Assembly: GCF_030684315.1 (NCBI RefSeq)
Contig: NC_081373.1
Coordinates: forward strand, 32,589,989 to 32,653,988
DNA length: 64,000 nucleotides
Origin: Stegostoma tigrinum
Taxonomy: Eukaryota
Reading direction: 5' to 3'
Both the position numbers and the translations under genes were made by a program. The notes below the pieces were generated by a model. That model searched no databases and was not told the DNA's origin. It saw nothing but the letters and a program-made list of their open reading frames with translations. Position 1 is the first letter of the stretch. Each line of letters opens with the position of its first letter. Positions 25,976 through 39,255 of this stretch are shown piece by piece.

Positions 25976-27609
25976 CGTCTTTGTCTTTGTCTTTGTCGTC
26001 TTGTCTTTGTCTCTTTTTGTCTCTATTAATTGGGCTCCTCCCTTTTGACAGGGTTGACGACACTTCTTCCATTGTCTCCCCAGTCTGGGATTAGTCATAT
26101 TTGGTTCCATTCTTTCTAATCTAATCATACCCAACAAATCCATTGCAATGGCTTTTCTTTTTATTTCCTTACTTCTGGAATCAACCAGAAAAAGAGAGCT
26201 ACATCCCTCCTATTTTGCAGCAGTAGGCTGACCCACAGGGACATCAGTTGAAAGCGCACAGTTCTTTTTCATGTGTGCTGACGACACTGAACTCTAACAT
26301 ATTGCCACTTCTGTGGGCTCTTACGTTGTTGCTAAATTGTCAGATTGCTTATCTTGCATTCTGTATTAGATAAACAGACATAACCGTTCGGCAAACTGAA
26401 GCCATTGTTACAGCTTTAGGTCTCAAAGGAGTTGCCTATTTAAGGCCAAGGTGAGAGAGAGTTTTTAATTGTCTGAGCCTGGTGAATCTGTGGAATTGTT
26501 CACTGCTGAAGGATGGCAAAAGTGAGAGATTTTTAATCAGTAAGGCAATCAGGGATGATAAAGGAAAGGCAAGCAAATGGAGTTGAGGATTACTTCCCAT
26601 CTATTATGTTCATGAATTTTGATTGGGCATTGTAATAGGTTTTTATAATCTGAGTACTTCCCACATAATATGCATTAAATATATATTAATTAGTTGTTTT
26701 CTTTTAGAGTAAATTTATATAGCTTAATGAGATGATACAATGTCGACTATTGATTCTTCAGTGAAGGATATTAAAAAACAGCCTCTCTGTAATGCATCAT
26801 TTAACATTCCTTAGAGTTGCTGGTTTTCGCTTTGTAACAAAATCCGAAGTATTTGTTTTTCACCCTGTCAGCTGTTCAGTTTGTTTTGTGCAGTGTCTTT
26901 CAGCTGGCACATATATGTTTGAGAGAATAACGTGCTCCTCATTTGTAAGAAGCAGTGACAAAATTGCATTTGCCCATTTATTCTTCAATACAGTGCAAAA
27001 TACAGATTGATTAACAAGAGTAGTCAAATTACTTTTATAAATTAGAGTAATCAACTTGGATTTATAATAAATTTCCTTAGCTCCCTTTGCCTTTTTTGAG
27101 GGTACAGTAACATAAGCAAAAAAAAGATTAAATGTCATGTGTTTATCAGGTCTGTAAAAATTCAAAAAGAAGTCTGATTTTGAGGGTTTTACTTGGGTCC
27201 AAAGTTTTCATACTTATAAAGGTAAACATTTGACATATCAGTGTGGGGAAGAAATGAGGCCAAGTGATGACTGTACCGTAATAATTATTTTTGGGATCAC
27301 TACCATTTCTAATTTACATTACAGCAGTAACAAGAACATGCAGAAAATAGAAAATGGATTGCAAGTTACTTACAATTTCTCATTCAGCGCACTTGCCCTG
27401 AAGTTTACCATGTACTTGTGAATAACCTGCTGCCGCTAGTTCTAAATCTGCTTTGAATTTTTGTGGAAAGTTGACTAAGCCAATTTGCTGCAGGCAGAGA
27501 GCTCCTACTTTTGACAAATGAATTCTTTGCCTTTCAGACCTGCATAACGAATGTATGATTGTGTGGTGCTAGTGTCTAATTAGATTTTTATTTTGGTAAA
27601 ATGTTCAAT

Positions 27610-28790
27610 CTCAATGGGGATCCTGTACTTGTATTATATATCTGGAATTTCGGAAGGCATTTGATAAGGTACTACACAAAAGGTTAATTCACAAGATTGG
27701 ATCATTTGAGATTAGGGGTAATTTATTATCTTGGAAAGATGACTGGCTGATGGACAAAAGAGAGAGTCGGTTTAAATGGGTTTTGTTTTCTGGATGGCAG
27801 GAAGTAATTAGTGGGGTGCCACAGGGTTCAGTCCTCGGACCCTGACTGTTTGCAGTGTACCTTAATGCCTTGAATACAGCGATAGAAGGGTCTACAGCCA
27901 AATTTGCGACAACACAAATATAAACAGGATGGTAAATTGCAATGAAGAAATAAGGATCTTACAATTGGGTTATAGGTAGGTTAGGAGAATGGGCCAAAGT
28001 ATGGCAGATGGAGTTTAATGTGGATAAGTATGAGGTCATGCACTTTGGTCAGAAAAATGGGAAGGCAACCTATTATCTGAATGGGGAGAGACTTCAGGGT
28101 GCTCTGGTGCAGTGGGATCTTGTCCTTGTTTGTGAATCACAGTAAACTAGCATGCAGCCACAGCAGGTAATAAAGAAGGCAAATGGAATGTTGGCTTTAA
28201 AAACTAAAGGAATAGAATACAAAGGAAAGGAAGTATTGCAGCTATTTAAGGCTTTGGTGAGACTGCATCTGGAGTATTGTGCACAGATTTAGTCCCCTTA
28301 TTTGAGGGAAGGTATAGTGGCATTGGAGGCAGTTCAGAGGAGGCTAACTAGATTGGTCCCATAGATAAGAGGTTTGTTGTATGAAGCGAGATTGAACATT
28401 TTAGGCCTATACGCAATGGAATTTAAAAGAATGAGGGGAGATCAAATTGACATACTCAAGATTACAAAAGATACAGATAAAATAGACGTGGAGCGATGCT
28501 TCCTCTTATGGGGCATTCCAGGATGAGAGGTCATAGTCTTAGGACGTGGGGTAACAAATTTAAAACTGAGTTCAGGAGAAACTACTTCTCGCATAAGGTT
28601 GTGAATCTGTGGACTCTGCTACCCCACAGTGCAGTGGATGCTTAGACAGTAAGTAAATTTAAGGAAGAGTTAGACATTTTTAATTGGTAGTTAGTTGAAG
28701 AGTTAAGGGGAGAAGGCAGGAAAATGAAGGTAAGGAATACATCAGCCATGACCAAACTGCCTTTATTCTTCCCCTATATCTTATGAACTC
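27610..28790 (+). mobile_element. Decayed CR1 LINE 3' part
   Basis: ctggaatttcggaaggcatttgataaggta, agtggggtgccacagggttcagtcctcggacc (SGVPQGSVLGP) and 3'UTR. Confidence 0.88.
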
Positions 28791-30749
28791 AAGAAACTAG
28801 TCCTTCAGATGGAAGATTCCATTTTATTTTGCAAGCATATGTGTCATCTTAGGTCTTTCTTAAATGCTGTTGAAATTTGTAGTTACTTGGCTAGGCCAAT
28901 CAATATCTTGCATGCTGTTGCTGTAATCAATCAATAATTGTATTCTGGATAGCTGAGGCTTTGTGACCTGAATTTTTTTTATTATTCATTCCTATCCAAA
29001 CCTAGTCAATTGAAACATTTGAAACTCTAAAATGTTTTTATGTATTTGCTGTTTGTGTAAGAAGATATTTGAAATATTTAAAATCAAATTTACTTTTTCA
29101 ATTTTACTTCTTTTCAAAGAAGACAGCCAAATTGAGAATATTCCTTTCGAAGTGCTGTTTGGTGAGGACTGAGTCAGGTCATTTTCATAAATAGTGAAAT
29201 CGTGGAGGAATACTTTGCAAGATTATGGCCAAATGAAGCAATTTAACAAATCCATTTGTGACTAAAAATAAACATTAGAAATTATGCCCTGTTTGTTTAT
29301 AGTCCATACCCTTATTACTAAAACTTAATTTACAGATCTTCTGTTGTAGAGTTGTAAAATCTGATTTTACTGGCAGATATCAAAATTGCTGAAGTAGTAA
29401 ATTGGTTTTAACTGTCGTAACTACTCTTAAAATATGGCTTCAGGGTTATGTGAATTCATTCATTTAGTTTTTCAATATTATGTTGATTTACAAAATGGTT
29501 TAGTGTATGCAAAAAATCTAATGTTACCTTGTTAGAATCTTTTTAATGTTCTGCTAGAATATTTGAAACATTCAAATAACCCCTGTTCATTTTACATTTT
29601 CAACTAAAACTTGTTGGAAGCAGAATCTTTTAATTGAATATTTTGACTCTTTTTGGTGATTGTTCCCAAAACAGTCAGCTAGTAAGGATGGTTTTTTTGT
29701 CAAGATCAAATGTACTTATTTTATAATGATACTGAAATCAGCTGCAAAACCTTGAGAGTGGTCAACTGGACAGATTTAGTGAACGTCAAGCCTAAGTAAT
29801 AGTTAATTTGGTCAGTAAAACTGGACATTCAATAAAGTAATTGGCTTAAGCAGTATTGTTTATTAGAAATAATGTTTATAAGCATTGTTTCGATTTCCCT
29901 CCCCAACATTTTAGTTCATTCATAATTAATGTATGCCGACTATGCAATTAATGAATTGCAAACAACTCAGAATAATTTATGGATGATACCAACAGTCTCA
30001 GAATGCAATGCATGATTATGTTCCTGGTTATATTCTTGCCATCTAAGAGAGGCATCAAAGAAGATTAGTTTGGGTGAGAAACAAATTACACTTGACTCAG
30101 CACTTTGTGTATCTTGGTTGCCATTTATGAGGCCCTTATATAATACCCTGCCTGATGTGAGAAGATCTGAACAGGAGGAAGAGAATTTAAATTTAGCTTT
30201 TAATTTACTAAATATGTTTTCAAGCGCAAATTAGAACTTGAAATGCTATCTCACAGAATCTAGCTACACTTCATTCACAAGGGGAGGAATTTTATTATGT
30301 TCGTGTAGGAAGAACTATAAACCTATTCTTTGCAAAGAGGTTTATGATTTCACTATGTATTTTATTTTAAGGAAGTCTCCCAAGATGGTTTATTGATATT
30401 AGTCCTGCTATCATGATCTATTACATGGAACTCAAACTCTGTTTCCTGCTGAAAATTGAAAAAGGTCTTCCACCTTCTCATGGTATTCAGTTATCCTGAT
30501 CATGCCTTCCTGCAGTGTGGGATTTAAAATTTTGCTGAGGAGTAAGGTTACTGTGGCACTGGAAGGCAGACAGATTTTGATGACAAATAATTTGTCTCCT
30601 GTGAGACTACCAAAGCTTTTGCTATTAATACAGCTGTTACTGTTATTCTCATCTTCAGTTATATGCAACTTTATTCACCCCAACATTGCAATTGTTAATT
30701 TAAGTTGATGTAAGTTTCCATAAATAATTTACATTGTGGTTAATAGATA

Positions 30750-31825
30750 TAGAGTCATACAGCACTTAAACAGACCTTTTGGACCTTTCATGCAGAACCT
30801 AATCCCAAACTAAACTAGCCCCACCTGCCTGCTCCAGGGCCATATCTCTCCAAAGCTTTCCTATTTGTGTACTTATCCAAGTGTCTTTTAAATGTGGTAA
30901 CTGTGCCTATTTCCTCAAAGTCCATTGTAGCCTCCAACCACCCTCTGTGTAACAAAAAAAATTGCACCTCAAAAATCTTCTTAAAAATCTCTCCTTTAAA
31001 AATGTGCCCTTTAGTCTTGAAATTCGCTATCCTAGGGAGAGAAAAAAAACCTCCTACTAACCCTATCTATACCCCTCATTAGTTTAAAAACTTCTATGAG
31101 ATCACCTCTCAACCTGCTACGCTCCATTGGGAAAATGGGTTCTGCTTATCCAGCCTTTCCTTATAGCTTAAACCTTCCATACCCAACAACACCCTGGTAA
31201 ATCTCTTCTGAACCCTTTCCACCTGAATAATATCCTTCCTATAACTGGGTGTCCAGAACTGGACACAGTACTCCAGAAGTGCCTTCATCAGTGTACTGTA
31301 CAACCTCCAAATGACTTCCCAACTCCCATACTCAAAGATCTGAGCAATGAAGACAAGCGTGCTAAATGCCTTTTTAAGCTTTCTGTCTGTATGTGATGCA
31401 AACTTCAAGGAATTATGTACCTGAACCTCTAGTTCCCTCTTCTACAACACTACCCAAGGCCCTATCATGAATTGTGTAAGCCTTGCCCATGTTTGTTAGA
31501 CCAGAAAGCAATACCTTGCTTTTATCTAGATTGAACTCCATCTGCCACTTTTCAGCCCACGAATTTATTTGATCATGCTCCCTTTGTAAACTTAAGAGAC
31601 AGTGAAGACGTTTTCTATGCCTCCAATTTTGGTGTCATCTGCAAACTTAGTAATCATACCTTCTATATTCTCGTCCAAATCATTTATATAAATGACAAAC
31701 AAAAGACAACCCAGAACTGATTGCTGTGGGACATGTCTGGTGACGGGCCTCCAATCCAAAAAGCAAGCTTCTACCACTACTTTCTGTCTCCTGCTGTTAT
31801 GCCAATTATGTATCAATTGACAAGC
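30750..31825 (-). mobile_element. Decayed CR1 LINE 3' part
   Basis: VPQQSVLG..IYINDLD..KFADDTKIGG and LEYCVQFWTPSYRKD on the minus strand. Confidence 0.9.
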
Positions 31826-32502
31826 TGTAAAAATATTTAAATTTTCATTGAAATCTGTATTCAGTGCTTTTCTAAGTATCTATTTTACAATTAAATCCAT
31901 ATGCACAATTGAGCTTTAGCTTAATTTAAATACAGCCACATGGTAATTGCAGTTGTAAACAAATAGGTAGATTGTACTGGGACTGTCAGATCTTGGCAAA
32001 GTGATACTTTAATGGAGAGGTCATTCCAGTGATACTCATGAAAATTTTAAAAAGCTGGATGAATTTGGATGCTTAAAACTTCTAAGATTTATTTTAAATT
32101 GGCATGATTTGTGACGTTGGAAGCTTTGTTTTTATTTAAATTCACAGAGAAAAGGGAGAATGTGGTAATGGAAATCTAATAGAAAACGTCTTTATTGTCT
32201 CTTAAGTTTACAAAGGGATCATGATCAAATGAATTGGTGGTCTTCCAATTTAAACATGTAATTTAGCTCCAGGAAGTAATTGTGGGGTTTTTTCCTGCCC
32301 TAAATAGTGGGAAGAAATACACTGTAGAATTGCTGAGTAGATTTGATGTGATAATTCTGCACGGACAACTTTTTAAGTGATATTTATTGCATATTTGGAG
32401 AATGTATGCTTCTGTTTAAGTGGAATATGTAAATAAAATACTGAATCGATAATAACTTTCTAGCTATCCAAAATAACCTGTCCTTGTCTGTCTCACTTAC
32501 AG

Positions 32503-32660
32503 TCTCAGAAGCATAACATTGACATAAACAGGCAAGCAAAGTTTGCTGTCACACCTTCTTTCAGTCTCTTTGTAACTTTGAAGAATGTTGTCTGCAAAAT
32601 AGGAGAAGATGCCGAAGTCTTAATGTCTTTATATGATCCTATTACGTCCAAGTTTATCAG
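32503..32660 (+). CDS. DOCK1: DOCK1 coding exon (approx. exon 8), 158 nt
   Basis: ttacag|TCT...AG|gttggt. Translates SQKHNIDINRQAKFAVTPSFSLFVTLKNVVCKIGEDAEVLMSLYDPITSKFI(S). The NIDINRQAKFA stretch fits DOCK1 rather than DOCK2 or DOCK5. Phase 0 to 2. Confidence 0.96.
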
Positions 32661-33239
32661 GTTGGTAGTCAGCCTAATTTTACAAAGTTTCTACGTTATT
32701 TTGTTTAACCATTTCCCTTTAATCAAAATTGTTCAGCAGTGAGTATTTGCATAATTAATGCTTTCCATAACACATCAATCAGTGTAGAACTGATTTGTTA
32801 AATTTAGTAATAATAGTCATATTTAAAGTTCAAGAAAAGTCACTGAAGATGTACAGTTTGTTTTTTGAAAAACAACCATCTGCAAAAAGTATAGCTCCTT
32901 TCTATTATACCTAAAAGGTAGTTAATGGAATATTTCAGTTCTGTATTGTCATACTACAATTGCTGTTAAGTTTTTATACAATTCCTTTTTGCCTGCAATC
33001 TGAAAAATTACAATAATCACTTGGATTTCTTACATTAACTATTAAAAGGTATTTCATAACAACACCTTTATAATGTTAGTTGCGATACCATCTGCCCGTT
33101 TCTGGTTTAAATCATTTTAAAGAGAATGCACTTCTGTTTAAAGTACACGGACCTTTTCAGACTGTGAATCCTGTCCTATTGTTCTCTTGTATGATGGTTG
33201 ATCCTGGTTTGCAGCGGGTCGCCGACATAGCATACCCCC

Positions 33240-35590
33240 ACCAATTTCTTGAGTGCAAATAATGACAGACAATAAATGCTGTGTTTGCTGGTGACTGTTT
33301 CATTCCGTGACCAAATGCAAAATTCAGACTTGTCCCCGCTTATGTGTCTTTGATCCATTTCAGCTGATAAGCTTAGCTGACACAAATGTGCCCATCTTGA
33401 TCTTGAATATTTTAGTTTCTCCAACATTAACGGTTTTGGGGTAGAAATTCCGGGTTTTAACTGTATACGAAAAGTGTTTCCTAATTTCTGTCCTGAATGG
33501 CTTTGCTGTAATGTTCCTCCTTTTGCACTCTCATTCTAATTTATTCATCATAGAGTGAACACAGAGAAAGTATTTCCTATCAAATGTCTTTATCTTTTAA
33601 ACACTTGAATTAGATCAGTTCTGAACTACCTAACTATGAAGAAATGGATGTTAAGGTTTTTCAATTTATGCTTCTGATTTCTCCCTTCTAATCTTCGCTA
33701 CAATTCTCCTGGATTCTTTGCTATATGCAGTCCAAATCCAACACCATAGAATTGAGGAATGCTACAGCACAGATAGAGGCCTATCAAACTTAATGAGCAA
33801 GACTCAGCCAATTGTCCTATTAAGCCTACCCTACCATTTTGATAAGTTTCTGGCTGATCTGATTGTGGTTGTAACTCTACTTTGGTGCCTGCCTCAGTAA
33901 CCCTTGACTCCACCTGTGATCAAAATGCAATCCGCCTCAACTATAAATATGTTTAATAACCGAGGCTCAGCTGTTCTCTGTGATAGAGAATTTTAAAGAC
34001 TAATTGCTTTCTGAGAGAGAAATTTATTTTCAACATCTTTAATAGGCGACCCTCATGTTCTAACTGACCTCTTTTTAGATTTCCCCATGAGGGGGAACAC
34101 CCTTCATTTGCCCTGTCAAACAAACTACCTCAGAATCTTTTGTGTTTCAGTGAGATTACCTCTCATTCTTCTAAACTACACAAAGTATAAACCCACCTTA
34201 CTCAATCTTTGTTCATTAGAAAACCACTGCATCCCAACAGCCAACCTTCCGATCATTCTCTGAACTGTTTTGAGTGTTGTATATCCATCTAGAAATAGAG
34301 CTGAAAACCATATGTAGTGTTTTGGGTGCAGTTTCACCAAATCCCAATTCGGTTCTGGAATGACCTCCTTTTTCGACTCATCCTCTTTGCAGTAAAAGCC
34401 AATATTCCATTTGTCTTTGTCATAGATCGGAGAGAGAGACAAATTGAAATTATTCTTGTTATTGCCTCTGCCTATAAGAGACGTGGTGTTCAAGGTTTCT
34501 TTTCCTCAACAAAAGTAAGCTGTGGGTCATTGAGATTTACAGCATAGAAAAAAGAAGCACTTCAGCCCATTGTGTCCATGTTGGTCACAAACAAGCATCT
34601 AACAATTCTAATTGTACATTCCAGCACTTGGCTTTTAGCCTTGTTTGTCTTGATTTGTAAGTACACATCTAAATACTGCTTTAAATGTTATGAAGGTCTC
34701 TGCCTGTACCACCCTTACAGGCAATGAGCTTCAGATTCCCACTAACCTCTGGTTGAAAAGGTTTTGCTTCACATTTGCATTTAACTTTCAGACTCTTACC
34801 TTAAATCTATGTCCCTGGTCATTGATCCTTCCATCAAGGGAAAATGTTTGTCCTGGTTACCCTGTCTGTGCCCCTCATGATTTTATACATAATCATGTTC
34901 TAATTCAATCTCCTCTGCTTTAAGGAAAACAACCTCAAGTATGTCTAATATCCCTTCATAACTAAGACTCTGCAGCTTATGCAGCTTCCTGGTAGATCAC
35001 CTCTGTAGCCGCTCCTATGTTATCACTTATGTTCTATAATTTGGTTTCCAGAATTGCATACAGTACTCTAACTGTGGCCTAACCAATGTGTTATACATGT
35101 CTTCTCCCGTTCTTCCCATAATTTCCCTGCTCTTAAACTCTGTGCCTCAACTAATTAAGGCAGTTATACTGGTTGCTGCCTTAACCACTTTCTTCATCTG
35201 TCTGATACCTTAAGGGATCGGGATACATGAATGCCAAGGCCCCTTTAATCCTCCTTGGTGCTTCCCAGGATCCTACCATTAATCATGTATTGTTTCCTTG
35301 TTTGTCCTGCCCAAGAGCATCACCTCATATTTCTCTGGATTGAATTCAGTTTGACACCGACCCATCTGATGAGCCTGTAACAGCAAGGATCTCAGCGTGG
35401 CCCTTTGTGGGACCACAGATTTCAGTTGGAAAAACATCCCTCAGCCATCACCCTCTGCTTCCTGCTGCTTAGCCAATTGTAAATCTAATTTGCCAAATTT
35501 CCTCAGATCGTATGGGCCCTTTAATGTCAGTCCAAGTAGACTACATCAAATTTCATGCCCTCACCTGTCTCCTTAAGCTGTATTTGTAAG
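33240..35590 (-). mobile_element. Run of about three decayed CR1-type 3' fragments
   Basis: Repeated CR1 3'UTR starts near 33240, 33745 and 34540 with degenerate RT C-terminal sequence. Confidence 0.65.
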
Positions 35591-35872
35591 TTTATGTGCT
35601 CAGGAAATTATTACCCAGTTGAAGTCCTTTCATTGAGCTGTGCTCAGATGTTTATTCTGCAGGAGGACACATACAATCGAATTTGTGGAGATGGTGTAGT
35701 AGGTTATAATTGGTTCACTTTGCGAGTGAAACACCAAGTTTATTTTTGTAAATCAAACATTTAAGAGATATTGAGATCAGATCAGGCTTTTAACTAAGCC
35801 TGGTGCTGCTAACTTTTTGTATTACAGACAAACATTAAAGTTGTGCAGTTAAAGGTGGTTTGGACAACCTAC

Positions 35873-36275
35873 AAGCAAATTACTGTAGATACTAAAATCT
35901 GTACAAAAAGCAAAAAAGTGCTGGTGATTGCAGTGGGTTAGGCAGCATTCGTGAAGAGAAAGCAAGCTAACGTTTTCAGTCTAGATGACTTCTTCATCAG
36001 AGCTGACACGATGTCTGGAGGGGGCTACATTTATGCAATAATTTGGGAGGATAGTGGTTAGAGTGCTGGGGGAGAAAGTCTGAAGTATCAACATCCTTTC
36101 TCCCCCAGCAGACTCCCCTCTCCACCGTCCACCATCTCCTTCCCTCACCCCCGACTATGGCATAAAATTTGCACGTTTCACGTCAGATCTGATGAACAGT
36201 CATCTAGACTCAAAACGTTAGCTTGTTTTCTTTCCATTGATGCCAGCTAATCCAGCATTTCGTTGTTTTCTGTTC
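35873..36275. mobile_element. About 400-bp inverted-repeat PLE-derived cassette carrying two opposite hammerhead motifs
   Basis: Minus-strand motif at 35965-36004 and plus-strand motif at 36185-36223. Inner perfect 15-bp inverted repeat tgctgggggagaaag / ctttctcccccagca. Confidence 0.8.
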
Positions 36276-36451
36276 AAATAACCTAACAGTTTGTCATGTG
36301 ACTGGAGTTTTGAATTGAAACACTTAGATAATGTGATCGTTTTGATGTTACCCTTTTTAGCAACAATTCTGTTTTGAACCAGTTTATGAGGGACGTCAAG
36401 CAGTAGTGGGCTTTGGTTAAAAACTGAGACAACTACTGATCCTGTAACTCT

Positions 36452-37005
36452 CAAACAAAAACAGAAATTGCTGGAAATGCTTAGCAGCTGTGAAGAGAAA
36501 TCAGAGTTAACCTTTCGGTGACCCTTCCTCAGAACTGATGGTGGATAGGAAAATGTCGGTTTTTATGTAGACGATAGGGTGGGGTAAGGAGAAAACAAAA
36601 GGTGTGGATAGTGCCTAAAGAGAGAAAGAGAATGAACAGTTGGACAGACAGAGGATTGGATAACAATCTGGCTGGGAGGGTGAATAGCTGTTAATGGAGA
36701 CTGTTAATGGCTAACAGTAGATTTATGTGTAATAGCAAACAATGTGATCACAAGGCCTGGTGTGTGGAGGTGTGGGCTAGGACATAGAGAAATTCAACCC
36801 TAAAGTTATTGAACCTGGTATTGAGCCCATAAGGCTGCAGGATCCCCAATTGGAAAATGAGGTAATGTTCTTCTAGTTTAGGCTGAGCTTCACTGGAACA
36901 CTGCAGCAAGCCTGAGGCAGATTTTGGCCAGGGAGCAGGGTGGTGTGTTGAAATATAGGAATTGGAAGCTCAGGGTCATTTTTGTAGGCAGAACGGAGAT
37001 GTTCA
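36452..37005 (-). mobile_element. Decayed PLE 3' end (GIY-YIG C-terminus plus hammerhead terminal unit)
   Basis: Minus strand encodes KLEEHYLIFQLGILQPYGLNTRFNNFR (compare RLQEQQLIFRLGTLQPNGINVDF at 1-330). It also reads AGTT-CTGAGGA-AGGGTCACC-GAAAG-GTT-AACT at about 36503-36535. Confidence 0.8.
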
Positions 37006-38384
37006 AAAAACAAGTGCTGTCACTTTCCAGGAGTTGATGAGTTTTGTTTTGTCCTGGTAATAGCTAGAAATTTCCGGATGCAGTTAACTTCTTCATGGAG
37101 TTTGATCACAGACATTTTAAAATCTACAAGAATCACTTGTTCAAAAATAAACTTAAACATTATAAAGCTTTTAATAAAGCAGTTCAGGATCCCTCTTTCT
37201 CTCTTTGGGCATAACACCTCTCTAATTACTTGCTTGAGGCTAACTTTTTGCAATTCTTATACAAGGACACTCAGATTCTTATATATTGTAGTCCGTTTCG
37301 ATGGAAATACAATTCCACTTCTTTCCAGTTGGATAACAACATTTTCCCACATTAAAAACAGGGCTGTTGGTCTATAACAACCTCAGTTTAACCAGTCTGT
37401 ATTCCTTTGCAGATTTTTTGTGTCCTTTCACAACTTGCTTTCTTATCTAACTTTGTGTTATCAGCAAATTTGTTTTCAATCCAGTTGGACCTCCATTTCT
37501 GTTCCGTTTCATCCCTTAGTTCCTGCAGTTTATTTTTACATTCAAACATTTATTTCTTGTGGAGGGTTCTGTTTGATTTATATCCATCACTCAATTAGGA
37601 CTGCACATATCAAATCCTAGCTATTTATTGCTTTAAAAAAAAACACCTCATTTTGTCTCTTTACTGCAATCAGTGTCTCTTTATTTATTCTATACAAATT
37701 CCTTAGGATTTTAAACACCTGTTCTCCTCTTAGCCTTTCCTGCTGTTAGGAGAATAACCTCTGCTTCTTCGGTCTGTCCCCATAACAGTAATCTTTCATC
37801 GCTGCAACTATTTTAGTGAATATATTTTCTACACTTCCTAAAGCCCAAGCACTCTTTTAGAAATTGCATGGTTAGATCTGGACGTGATATGGAACCTCCT
37901 GGTGTTTGTTGAGTTTTTTTTTAATCAATTTGCAAAGTCCGGGATCCCAATCAGATCTTTAGTAACTGCTTTGTTAACTTCTCCTGCCATCTTCATGGTG
38001 CACCAGTGCCCCCAAGCTTCTTTCTTGTGGAACCCTTTTAAAATTGTATCATATTGTACACTCTTTGCTTGCAAAAGTTATTGCTGCCTTTTTCAGTGTT
38101 GCATTTAATTCCGCTAAGCTGCCTTATGGCCTGTTGAAGTCCAAGTTGTCTTCTGTACGACTTATCACATTGCCAAGTTTTATATCATCTGCATATGTTT
38201 ATAATATGACTTGTACCAATGAGCCTGTCACCTCAGGTTTCAACTGTTGATGTATATTGAAAGCAACAGTGGATGTATGACTGATCCTTGAGGAACCCCA
38301 CTCATACCTTAGATCGGTACAGAAAATAGCCATTCACCAAAACACTTTACTTTTGATAACCTATCAACTTTATATCTGTGGTAT

Positions 38385-38730
38385 TAGAATTAGGTTTATT
38401 GTCACGTGTACTCAAGTGCAGAAGTACAAGAGTACAGTGAAAAGTTTACAGTGTTGCCCCTCATGGCACTATCCTGGTACAAATTATAGGGATACAAAAC
38501 TGAGATACTAAACAGAGAAATAAAGGGAAGAGTAGTTACATTACCTTGGTGATTCATAGTATAAGGAAATTAGAAATAAAGTTAAAAGGATAACCATTAC
38601 ATGGCAGTAGATCAGTGTAGGGAGCTACCACACGTAATCTGACTGGCCTTGCAAGCAATTGACTGCACGCACCAGTCCCCGGTCTAGCAACCATTCTTGC
38701 TGCGCTCCAAGCCTCCAGCCTGCCCTGTCT
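38385..38730 (-). mobile_element. L2-like retroposon 3' end, embedded in decayed minus-strand CR1 sequence (about 37700-39050)
   Basis: Minus strand ends cacgtgacaataaacctaattctaat. Similar 3' end at 48480-48622 on the + strand. Confidence 0.55.
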
Positions 38731-39039
38731 CTTTTGCATCATAGTTTGTATTACTACCAAGTCTGACATGTAATATTTTATCAAACATCATTTTAAAATT
38801 AGATAGAAAATGAAACTGCACTGCCCTTATCCATTCTCTCTGACGTTTCATCAAAAATGTTATCAAATGAATAAAATAAAATTGCCCTTGAAATAATCCA
38901 CTCCTTTGGCTCATGTTTGTCTTTGTGGCTGTTAATTTTCTCTAGGATTATAGTTTATGCAAGTTTCCAAATATGATGTTAAATTGACCAATCTTTAATT
39001 GTTAAGTCTATCCTTTTTCCCTTTTAATTGAGTAAGCTA

Positions 39040-39255
39040 AAAGTAAAATTGCCATCGTCTTACCAGACCATAGAGCTGCTCTGTCATTAGAGAGATGACT
39101 AGTGTTATTTTAACCTGAGGGTCACCATACTTTAGCCAAGGGTAATGGTTGCAAAGGAGTGTCCTTCATTGAACCTCACTTTGCAGGAATTGAACCTGTT
39201 TTGTTGGCTTCTGAGTGCATCACAAACTAGCTTTCCAGCCAAATGAACCAAATAG
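39040..39255 (-). mobile_element. Old tRNA-derived SINE-like element
   Basis: ggaattgaacc reads GGTTCAATTCC (box B-like) on the minus strand, preceded by a box A-like stretch. Confidence 0.5.
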
